Assembly (NCBI RefSeq): GCF_964204645.1
Contig: NC_134033.1
Coordinates: 7,882,655 to 7,946,654 of the forward strand
Direction of reading: 5' to 3'
DNA length: 64,000 nucleotides
Source: Tubulanus polymorphus
Lineage: Eukaryota; Animalia; Nemertea
The stretch's first letter is position 1. Each line of letters begins with the position of its first letter. The translations under genes and the position numbers were made by a program. Below are positions 11,082 through 20,883 of this stretch, in pieces. The notes under the pieces are model-generated. The model was given only the letters and a program-made list of their open reading frames with translations. It searched no databases and had not been told where the DNA came from.

Positions 11082-12401
11082 ATGGGGTTTCCAAAAGCTT
11101 TCCAATATAATAAATCAATCAAATATAATATTCCTGCAATAGATTTTAATAAAGATATTACATATAGAAATGAAGTTTCAAATTCATTAATTGATTTATA
11201 TATTTATGTTACTGAAAGTAATAGTTTTCATGTAAAGATGGAAAATATATTTCATGTGTATACAATTAATTTTAAAAATTTAAATGAGGCAAAACAATGG
11301 TTATTAAAATCTAATATGAAGTATTGGCAGAACCAATTAAATTTTGCTGTTTATTGCGCAACAACAGGATGTGGAATTAGTTGGAATGATCATTTAAACA
11401 AACCGAGTTAACCATTGACGTTATCACTTTTTAGATTCCATACTTATTTTCAAGTAAAATTAATATTAGATGAATTAGAATGTCCTTTACCAGGTTCAAA
11501 ATATTTTAAAGAATGGAATAATAATATTAATTTTTCTAAGTTTTATAAAATATGTAATGAATTTAACATTAATTCAAATAAAGATTTTAGAGCAAAAATT
11601 GGAACGATGGGTGGATTAGGAATATTGTATACTAAAGAATTTGGAAAAATAATGACAAATTCAGATATAAGAACACTAAATTGGAATGAATTACCAAAAT
11701 ATTATAATAATATACAACAACAAAACAATAATGGTTGGGTTAATTTCATTTTAGAAAATAGTGAAGGTTTTACTAAAGCTGGTATACAAAGAATAAATCA
11801 ATCAATTAGAACTTATTTGATATGTATTTTAGGTGCGCAAGTTGAAACAAGATCCCCAATAATTGGAAATGATAACACTTCATTCGATGCGCAGAAACAA
11901 TTCAAAGTATTATTTGAAGATTCAATTCATAATGATAAAAATAGATCGATTCCGGAAAACATTGTAAGATATCAAAATTATTTAGATAAATCACATATTA
12001 GATTAAATTATTGTATAGGCCCTAATCTATTTATTATTTCTAATGATTTAGTATTAAAGATGGGAAACATAATTGGTTATAATAATCTAATTAAAACTGC
12101 AACAATAAATAATTCATTTGGATTGAATGATATAAATAAAAAGATTATTACTGCTCCAAAATTAATGGAAGGTGAAAAAAATAAAAAACACATTCAATCA
12201 ACTGAAACTAAAACTAATAATATCAAGTTAAATAATGATTCTAAAATAAAAGATTACAATACATCAGAAAATATTAGAACTGATAATATTCAACATGATA
12301 TAACTAAAACTGATAATGATAATAAATCCCATGAAAATACTAAATTAGCTATAACTTGTATAGGAATTGTAATCGGAGGAATATTATATTTTAGATTTTA
12401 A
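11082..12401 (+). pseudogene. Viral protein (~439 aa) with C-terminal TM, one in-frame stop at 11409-11411
   Basis: ORFs 11082-11411 and 11415-12401 share a frame; WQNQLNFAVYCATTGCG motif; terminal TM. Confidence 0.75.
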
Positions 12402-12417
12402 TTTTTTTATTATGTAA

Positions 12418-13895
12418 ATGGCAGAAGGTGGAGAAGGTTTTCCATTGGGCCCTTTAGATGAACCTGGTATAAGTGATGAACAACAACCTGATTTTGATGA
12501 AACAAGTTTTAGTAATGACGGTAATGAATCAGCATATAATTCTAATTTAGCAGATAGTGGTTCTAAAGCCACATCAACAGAAGAACATGATAGAAGAACT
12601 ATATCGAGAATACCTACTGAAAATTTAAACCCAGGTTTAGTAAAAAAAAGATTAGATTATAATGATTATATTTATAAATTCAAACCTGCATTTGAAAGAT
12701 CTGGGTATAATATAAGTAATAGAGATGCTGAACTTTTAGTAGAAAATTTAAAACTTTTTAAAGGTAAATATTATTATAATTTGGATGGTGATTATTATAT
12801 TGATATCACTGATCATAGAACAAAACTACCTAAAATATTAGCGGAATCAACTTTGAAAAATTAAGAAACAGAAAAAATTAAGAGAATAAGTATTAGTAAT
12901 GAAATAACTGATATTACAAAAGAAGAAAGAAAGGATAATATAGGAGTATTTAGTGAAAGAATTGAATTTTTATTAAAAATAATCAATAAAAATTCAGAAC
13001 CAGAAACAATTCCTAAAGAACCAGAAACAATTCCTAAAGAACTTATTAATTCCAAAGCTAGTAAATCTAATTCAAGAGAAGTTCAAACTGAAAAACTTTT
13101 ACCGAAGGGATTACTTGATGCAACAGATCAACAATTAGAAGATTTAAATATATTTTCTAAAAAAACTATTAGAGAAATAATAAGTATACGAAATGAAACT
13201 GATAAAATTGGGCGCGAAAAACATATTAGATATAATAAAATTAAACCTTTAGAAAATAAATTATTTGACACCAGAAAAGAATTAGAACAATCAAAATTAG
13301 ATAGAGAATTTAAAGTTATTGAAGAAATTGAATTTAAAAAAAGTAATGCATATTTAGAAAAAGAAATTGATGATTTAGAATATAACATAGAATTTCAGAA
13401 AGAAGAAAATTATTATTAAGATCATATGATTATTGTATTAATAGATTAAAAGTTGTTGTTAAAGAGTTAATACTAAAACCAAATTCTGACATATCACTAC
13501 AAGATAGAATAAAATTATTATTTAAGTTTGAAGGAATAACAGTTCTTTCAATTCTAACATCTGTAACTATGGTATTTACAACAATTGGTTTAGCAATATC
13601 AAATGCTTTGAAATCTACTCCTACTCCTACTCCTAATAAACCGGATAAACCCCCAGATAATAATTCTATACAAGATAAAGTTAAAGATGGTTTAAAGAAA
13701 TTAGCAAAATATTTATGGGAACTATCAAAGAAATCTGCTGCAGCATTGCCAGGAATTATTGCATCAATTGTTGGTTTTATATTGAAATCTGCAGGAAACA
13801 TTATTAACTTTGCTGCTGAACATATTATTTTATTCTTATTTACAGTTGTAAGTGCAATTATTTTTGGGTTAGTAAATATGATAAAAAATAAATAA
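12418..13895 (+). pseudogene. Large viral protein: acidic N-terminus, coiled coil, C-terminal amphipathic/TM helices; frameshifted
   Basis: MAEGGEG..DETSF start; coiled-coil-like middle; C-terminal LQDRIKLLFKFEGITV...LPGIIASIVGFILK...TM. Confidence 0.7.
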
Positions 13896-13915
13896 TTAAT
13901 TTTTTTGTTAAATAA

Positions 13916-15163
13916 ATGAGTGGGAGTTATATCAATCCTTCTAAGAATCATAGAATATCTAATGCTATTAAAGCAGAAAGATCACATCATATAATTACTC
14001 ATAACCCTTCTAATATTAATCCCGATGAAACTTTATATGTTAGAATTCCTAGATTAACACAAAATACTTTTTATGTTCCAAATAGTATTTATTTATCAGC
14101 CGATATAAAAGTAATCGGTAATAATAATAATTATGTTGTTGATAATGTTGGAAGATATTTGATTAAAAAATTAACTATAAAGATTGGTCCAGAAACAGTT
14201 TTCTCATTAGATGATTATAATTTATGTATGCATTATAAAGATTTATGGTTAACTTAAGAAAATAGAAATAATATGATATTTCAAGGCATCCAATCAGAAA
14301 ACCAAAATAAATTAAGATCAGGAGCTAATGACGCAATAGTAACTCGTACCGCAGATAATTTGATAAAAAAGATTTATGGAAGCAAATATGAAATTCCATT
14401 AGACTTTGAATTGATAAATAAAAATGCACCTTTATATAAATACGCAATTCAAGAAGATGTTATATTCGAAATAACATTTGCTCCTGTAAATGAAATTATA
14501 ATATCTAGCGTTGTTAAAGATATGAGTTATAAATTATCGAATATATGTTTAGAATATAATACAGTAACTGATGAAAATATTTCAAGTATAATTCAAACTC
14601 AATACAATCAAGGATTTTCATTATTATATGATTATATTGATAAATTTAAAACTGTAACTATTACTGCAAATGATGAAATTATTAATGAGAATATTAACTT
14701 CCCAAGAAGATCTATTAAAGGTATATTAATATTTTTTACCATTGCAACATATTCTAATGGTGCAATACAGGTTGATAAGTATTATAATCCTGAAATAACA
14801 AAAGTAGAAATAACTATCGAAGGAATAGCAAATAAAATATTTTGTCAAGGAATGAGAATGATAGATCAATGGCCAGAAATTAGAAAACATTTTATGAATG
14901 AAAAAGGGAAATCATCTGAAAATTGTAACATTAATCAAATTGATTATTATACCGGTAATAAATATGCATTATGGTTAGATTTTAGAACAACAGAGGATAA
15001 TTCATTACATGGTTCTGGAAAAAAATTACAAAACACTAAAGATGGAATACAATTATTCATGACAAAGAAAAAAGGAAGCCTAAATTTCAAAATGCACATT
15101 TATATTATATCTGACGCGCAATTAAATATTGTAAATTCTCAATTAAATAGTGTTATGTATTAA
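13916..15163 (+). pseudogene. Major capsid protein (double jelly-roll, ~415 aa) with one in-frame stop at 14255-14257
   Basis: ORFs 13916-14257 and 14273-15163 share a frame; ITHNPSNI.P...L.VRIP.L, GRYLIKKL.IK, KDLW, YEIPLDF, YKLSNICLEY, KYALWLDFR..DN.LHGSG; beta-rich, MCP-sized. Confidence 0.8.
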
Positions 15164-15195
15164 AATTTTAACTTTAATAAAAATATATATAATAA

Positions 15196-16077
15196 ATGGA
15201 AGGAGGTAAAGTATATAAACATATTCCATACATCGATACACATGAAAATAATGATGGTTTATATTATGTAATACCTTGTAATATAGCTTTGATATTTGAT
15301 CCTATTTTCAAAATTTATAAAACTAAACTAATAGAAATCGATAATAATAAAAGTGGTGTTGTTGATAATTCAAGTAATGTAATTGATAATAATGTAATAC
15401 CTTCTACATCTAATAATGTAATACCTACTACATCTAATAATGTAATACCTACTACATCTAATAATGTAATACCCTCTACATCAAATAATGTAATACTTTC
15501 TACATCTAATAATGTAATACCTTCTACATATAATAATGCAATAATATTAAATGTTAGTGAAAATAGAAATTATTGTGATTATTGTAAAGGTGAATTTTCA
15601 AACGCCCCATCAAATTGGAATAATCATATGAATACAAATTCACATATTATTAATGTAATAGATCGTGTTGGTATAAGAGAATTTATAGAACACCCATTTA
15701 ATTATGTTACAAAGTTTGTTTCAAATAAAAAAGTAGATGGTAAAGATTTATATAAAGATTTATTAGGTGAAGTTTTATCTAAGGAACCTAGTAATGATGA
15801 ATTAGATTTATCTGCTGCTAAAAAAATACTAGAATCAAGCATTGTAAATACAATATTAAGGTCTAACACCAAGAAAGATGATAATGAAGATTCTATGAAA
15901 CATAAAGTAGAAAATAAAGATATAGTTGAGATGACTAATAAGTATATCAATAAACCAATTATTTATGAAGATACGGTAAAAAGGACGAAGAATAAGCATA
16001 AAAATAAAACAACTCTTAATGAAGATACGGTAGAGAATTTGGGAAAATTGTTAGAGTATGATAGTGAAAGTGATTAA
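15196..16077 (+). CDS. Viral protein with six 8-aa repeats and a CxxC...H...H zinc finger
   Basis: (NNVIPSTS)x6 from a 24-bp repeat at ~15388-15535; CDYC...HMNTNSH. Confidence 0.7.
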   Translation: MEGGKVYKHIPYIDTHENNDGLYYVIPCNIALIFDPIFKIYKTKLIEIDNNKSGVVDNSSNVIDNNVIPSTSNNVIPTTSNNVIPTTSNNVIPSTSNNVILSTSNNVIPSTYNNAIILNVSENRNYCDYCKGEFSNAPSNWNNHMNTNSHIINVIDRVGIREFIEHPFNYVTKFVSNKKVDGKDLYKDLLGEVLSKEPSNDELDLSAAKKILESSIVNTILRSNTKKDDNEDSMKHKVENKDIVEMTNKYINKPIIYEDTVKRTKNKHKNKTTLNEDTVENLGKLLEYDSESD

Positions 16078-16159
16078 AATATTAATTATATTTAACTCAA
16101 ATAATAATATTAGTTGAAAATTGTATAAAATAATAGTAAATAAAAAAGGTGGTTTTAAG

Positions 16160-16445
16160 TATTTAGGTATCTAATACATATCTAACCGGTATCTAATACG
16201 TATCTAATACGTATTTAATACATATTATTTGAAAATACCTTAAACTATATTCCTTTTTTAAATTTATATTGAAACCTCAGTAATAATAAATAACCTTTAT
16301 TATTTTCAAACTTATTCATATATTAGTTGAAAAAAATAAAAATAAATTGGTTGAAAATTATATGAATAATATTTATTTTAAAATGGGGTTTTAAGTATTA
16401 ATGTATTTAATACGTATCTAATACGTATTTAAAACGTATTAGATA
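16160..16445. repeat. Two blocks of 11-bp phased repeats (TATCTAATACG-like)
   Basis: Arrays at ~16168-16225 and ~16395-16440, each preceded by GGTTTTAAGTATT. Confidence 0.75.
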
Positions 16446-16471
16446 GATAGATAGATATATAAACAGTTATT

Positions 16472-17032
16472 TTATAACTTTATATTCATAGGGAAATTCA
16501 GTAATCTCAGTAATAATTTTGAACCTTTATTATTCTTTAATTTATTCATATATTCATCATGTAACTCAGTAGGTATAATTTGATTTTCTTCCAATCTTAT
16601 ATTCTCCCTAAAGTCTTTAACAATTGAATTATATTTTTGATTTAAAACCCATGTTGTTATCCCAAAATGTCTCCCAGAGAAAGCTAGATAACATAACTCA
16701 CTTTCTCTAACTTTTGAATCATGTAAATTTGCGCAATCATCTACAATGAATAATGTATTTGATCCTTTATAAGTATCAATTGCTATTTTAAAACAATTAT
16801 CTAAATTTTCTTTTACTGTTTTAGGATCTAATATAATAAACTTTTTTATCTTAACTATATCTCTATTATATGTTTTATTCATTTCATAAGTAGGACAGAA
16901 TGATATTATATTATCAAAATGATTCTTATAAATAGTTTCTAACAAATCATATATGAAATGTGTTTTACCACAATTGGTTACACCAGTAACTAACATATTA
17001 TGCGGTTCAAATATAAATAAGTCTTTATTCAT
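16472..17032 (-). CDS. A32/FtsK-like packaging ATPase, copy B (intact Walker A, 16-aa internal deletion)
   Basis: GVTNCGKT, LFIVDD, GRHFG; lacks FLVLFFNKDRKSMKNA present in copy A. Confidence 0.9.
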   Translation of the reverse strand: MNKDLFIFEPHNMLVTGVTNCGKTHFIYDLLETIYKNHFDNIISFCPTYEMNKTYNRDIVKIKKFIILDPKTVKENLDNCFKIAIDTYKGSNTLFIVDDCANLHDSKVRESELCYLAFSGRHFGITTWVLNQKYNSIVKDFRENIRLEENQIIPTELHDEYMNKLKNNKGSKLLLRLLNFPMNIKL

Positions 17033-18116
17033 TTATTCTTTTAATTTTACTAGATAAAATCCATTCATTAAATTTATCATCGTATCCTTTATATTTCACC
17101 AAAGAATACTTTTTTCCTTTAAGAGTTTTTGATTTCAATAATTTTTCCATTTTGTAATCTATTTCATCTGGATTTGGTACAAGTGATAATTCTTGTTCAT
17201 AGAAATAACCTAATATTTCTTCATCTTTTACATCTTCTAAATTATAAACAAAAGGTTTAGTTAATATTATCTTTTTAATCTTGAATATTTCTTCTGTAAA
17301 ATTTGGGGTATAACCTTTATAAAATGTTATTCTATATTTAGATATTCTTACGTGTTGTCCTATTTTAAATTTAGGTTCTCCGAAATCATGTGTAACAAAT
17401 GCGCCATATAAATTATTCCAAATTATTTCTGAATTATCTTCTTTTCTAGCTTGTATAGGTTTCATATTTATAGAACTATGTTTAGAATTATTATAACCTT
17501 TCACTAAATCATCTTATACATCGATATAAATATATGTTTCATTAGCAGTAAAATATTTCCACATTCTAGTTTTCAATGTTTTATTAAATCTTTCTATAAT
17601 AGATGCTTTTTTATCTGAATGTGTTGAAAAATATTCTACATCGTTATCAGATAATAGTTTTTTAAAATGTTTGTTATAGAATTCCTTACCTTCATCAAAT
17701 TGTATCTTATCTGGAATAGCTTCTTTAAATATAGATTTAAAAGCATTTGTAACTTCTATTCCGGTTTTATTTTTGATTGGAATTGACCATGCGTATCTAC
17801 TGAATATGTCTATAACATTCAGTATGCAGAAATATCCTTTGTTGTATTCTTCTAAGTTCTTCATGTCAATTAAATCTGCTTGCCATTGTTGATCGATATA
17901 TGAAACCATAACTTTTCTTGTTAAATAAGTTTTATCAATTTTTTTATGGATTTGATATGTTGGTTTATTTTGTAACCATAATCTTAGTTCACTATATTTT
18001 ATATTACCATTTTCCTTATCAGATTTAATTTTACCCCATAATTCTGTAACGTTAGAATATGATACTTCACTCTCTGGATTATAATATAAATCTCTTAGAT
18101 ATTGTTCTTTTTTCAT
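17025..18116 (-). pseudogene. Retroviral-type (rve) integrase with C-terminal chromodomain, frameshift near 17510
   Basis: WQADLIDM, IDIFSRYAW, DEGKEF, ERFNKTLK (DDE); YNN..HSSI.MKP, FKIGQHVRIS, FYEQEL, LVKYKGY...FNEW. Confidence 0.92.
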
Positions 18117-18122
18117 CTTATT

Positions 18123-18497
18123 TTAATCCATTAATAATAATCTTGATTTATTTTCAATGACTTTATCATTTGATTTATTTTCTGGTATGATAGGTTTATT
18201 ATCATTGGAATCATCAGATTTGAATTTTGATTTATATACACCGGATAATATAATAATTGTGATTAACCCAATTGAAATATATAAGTAATTATTTCTTCCA
18301 GCATTATAAGAATTAGATGGATTGTTATTTGAATCAATATCAGATAAAGTCTGTGATTCAGATAAAGTCTGTGATTCATTTATATCAGTTAATTTCTTTT
18401 TCTTAGCTCTTTTTAATTCTGAAGATCTTTTACCAAATTCTCTTGCCCATTTAATTTGTTTTTCAGATCTAGGCTTTTTCTTAACGCCATCACTCAT
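18123..18497 (-). CDS. Viral single-pass membrane protein (124 aa), paralog of 4703-5062
   Basis: KKPRSEKQIKW motif plus TM segment. Confidence 0.75.
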   Translation of the reverse strand: MSDGVKKKPRSEKQIKWAREFGKRSSELKRAKKKKLTDINESQTLSESQTLSDIDSNNNPSNSYNAGRNNYLYISIGLITIIILSGVYKSKFKSDDSNDNKPIIPENKSNDKVIENKSRLLLMD

Positions 18498-19092
18498 TTA
18501 TTTTAGTTAATTTTTGTTTTGATTCATTTTCTGTTTCACGGTTTGGTTGTAGTACATCTGTTTCGTTCTTACCTGATTTATATTCCATAGGCTTGATATT
18601 CGAAAATGTTATGACACCAGTAGAGATTAATGTCATAACCGATCCTAATTGAAATGAAGCATAACCGACCCATTTTTGTAATTCAGTCATAACTAAATAA
18701 TCATTTTTCAAATCACTATATAATTTATTTTCATCATCAATTGGTATTAACTGGTTACATAACTTAGAATAACATTTGACAATACCATCTGAAATAGAAT
18801 CATTTATTCGGGCCAATCTTGCCTCTTCATAAATCTTAAAATATTTTATTACTTTATCGGGTTTCATAGCATCTAATTCTTGAAAAGTTATTTTTTTTCC
18901 CAAGAAATCCTTAGTTTTTCCACCGGCAATCAATAGTTCTAGATGATGCTTACAATATAAATAGTATTCATAACCTATATTACAATTAACTTGAACACAA
19001 TTAGTTACAACTGTATCTTTATTATCACTTATACCCAAATCATCTAATGTCTTTTCAATATCAATACTATTCTTATTAGATTTCTTTGACAT
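18490..19092 (-). CDS. Conserved viral protein (200 aa), paralog of 5010-5600
   Basis: Collinear similarity over most of its length. Confidence 0.8.
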   Translation of the reverse strand: MSKKSNKNSIDIEKTLDDLGISDNKDTVVTNCVQVNCNIGYEYYLYCKHHLELLIAGGKTKDFLGKKITFQELDAMKPDKVIKYFKIYEEARLARINDSISDGIVKCYSKLCNQLIPIDDENKLYSDLKNDYLVMTELQKWVGYASFQLGSVMTLISTGVITFSNIKPMEYKSGKNETDVLQPNRETENESKQKLTKINE

Positions 19093-19339
19093 TTATATTA
19101 GAGAAATTTAATAAGAAAAATATTATAAGTATTATAAAATGATACCAGTATCTCTTTAGATTAATACTAGCTTAGTTAAAGGTAAAGAATTTTAGTATAA
19201 GTTATTGTTTTTTAGTATTTTTCATTTGTGATATAAAGTATTCTCTTTTTGAAAAGAAAATATTAAAAATATAATAGAATTTACTGGTTAGTTGAAGTTA
19301 TGTAATTGTTAATATTTTTTATTTGAGATATATTAATCT

Positions 19340-20008
19340 TTAACCACTCATTAAAGACTCAACGTATTGTTCATTATTTGGATCATTGTTCCATTGATCA
19401 ATAAATTTCTTTGCCTTTGTTAACTGTTCTAAATATAACTGTAAATCTAGTTTATTAGATTTAATTATGTTTTCCTTCTTTTCTAAAGTTCGTAAATTCT
19501 TCCAATTCCAAATAAGTTTTTTATTGTATTCATCATTCATGTTAAATTTAGATATTGGTAACGTATGATCAATATGAAAGTATTCACCATAATTATCTAT
19601 ATTCATTTTATCGTCGAATTGATATACAATCCATGATTTAAGAAATTTATCTGAACAACCCAATAAATTAGATAGTGTTTCTGAATGTGTTTCTTTGTTG
19701 AATAATTGTGTTAATCTAGATCTTAAGCATTGTTTCAATCTAAAATTAAGATCTGTTTGATATCTTTCTCTCATATATTCTGCCATATAATAATTATAAT
19801 GTTCTATATTATCTTCTCGATATTGTTTGGTATATAGTTTAGTACAAGTTTTACAGCAATATTGAAAACCATCTTTGCTAATCTTACGCTTACTAAATTC
19901 TGTTAAAGCTAATTTATCTAATTCACATTTAGAACACTTCTTGTAGTATATATTTATAACACCATTGTTATTTGTAATATTGATAGTTTGTGGTTGTTCT
20001 GATTCCAT
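19340..20008 (-). CDS. HNH endonuclease-like protein, free-standing paralog of 7571-8419
   Basis: CSKC...CKTC, YGEYFHIDHTLP, NWKNLRTL..EN..K; ends EQYVESLMSG. Confidence 0.85.
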   Translation of the reverse strand: MESEQPQTINITNNNGVINIYYKKCSKCELDKLALTEFSKRKISKDGFQYCCKTCTKLYTKQYREDNIEHYNYYMAEYMRERYQTDLNFRLKQCLRSRLTQLFNKETHSETLSNLLGCSDKFLKSWIVYQFDDKMNIDNYGEYFHIDHTLPISKFNMNDEYNKKLIWNWKNLRTLEKKENIIKSNKLDLQLYLEQLTKAKKFIDQWNNDPNNEQYVESLMSG

Positions 20009-20267
20009 TTATTATACATATTTTTTATTAAAATTGATTTTAGAAGTTCAATGATTTATATCATGTATTATTTCAATCACACTTTACTAACACTTAATGT
20101 TTAAAAATCTAACTCATACAAATATGAATATTGAAATAATGTTGTAAATATATACTTTTATATCTATTCTATAAGATCTCACACTTTACTCACACTTTTA
20201 TATTGAATAATCTATCAATTTATATGTTATTCATATATATTTTATTCATGTATATAAATATTTTAAG

Positions 20268-20536
20268 AGTAATAGGGATAATGGGCTTTCATATCAAAGG
20301 TTGAAAGGGCTAGTGAGTAAAAAATGAAAAATATGAAAATAATAATAATTTCTATTTGAATTAGGAGTGAAACTCATATAAAATGAAAAATAAATTCGAG
20401 TGTGCGAGAATTATTTTCCATTTTATATGAGTTTCGCTACTAATTCAAATAGAAATTGTTATTATTTTCATATTTTTCATTTTTTATGAGCTCGACCTTT
20501 CGACCTTTGGTATGAAAGCCCATTATCCCTATTACT
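20268..20536. repeat. 269-bp near-perfect palindrome (hairpin) at the right end of the viral element
   Basis: AGTAATAGGGATAATGGGCTTTCATA...TATGAAAGCCCATTATCCCTATTACT; arms ~130 bp, centre ~20400. Confidence 0.9.
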
Positions 20537-20883
20537 GTCCGCAACGCCAGTCACAAGGAGTCACACGTGTTCTACTTTCTGCGACGCGACACGACTGTCA
20601 CAACCGACCTATGCGCTCTTGCGACTGGCAGAAACTAGTTGCACACAATCGTATCGCAACCGACTTGCACCGAAACTTGCGATGCAACGAGAGGATCGCA
20701 TCGCGTCACAAGGCCGACCTACGTCCGGCTTTAAGTTACTGCGGAGCCCCAGAAATATCTTTTTTTTCGTTCAGAAGACCTTTGCTTGAAAATTCTTTCG
20801 TCGGAACAAAATTTATTTCGTTCCAACCAATAATATTCTTTTCGATTGAACCAATTTGAAAAATCGTTAGAACAAAGTTGAAC

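Larger units (their letters stand above)
3268..20536. mobile_element. Endogenous Polinton/Maverick-like virus (adintovirus type), rearranged and decaying
   Basis: Gene-dense, intronless, very AT-rich block with pPolB, rve integrase-chromodomain, A32/FtsK-like ATPase, major and minor capsid genes; imperfect inverted ends starting AGTAATAGG at 3268 and 20536. Confidence 0.9.

Noticed and set aside
12384-13951. Minus-strand ORFs (12384, 12861, 13128, 13430) and other antisense ORFs such as 4830, 15702, 18322
   Set aside because: Shadows of the coding strand without TAAATG starts or motifs
3353-20008. Bacterial prophage or contaminant reading of the gene-dense AT-rich block
   Set aside because: rve integrase with chromodomain, Polinton-type pPolB, no Shine-Dalgarno pattern, and contiguity with LINEs and a spliced TMTC4 gene indicate a eukaryotic endogenous virus
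3262-20542. 6-bp TSD expected for a Polinton insertion
   Set aside because: Flanks TATAAG and GTCCGC do not match, so a clean single insertion is not supported
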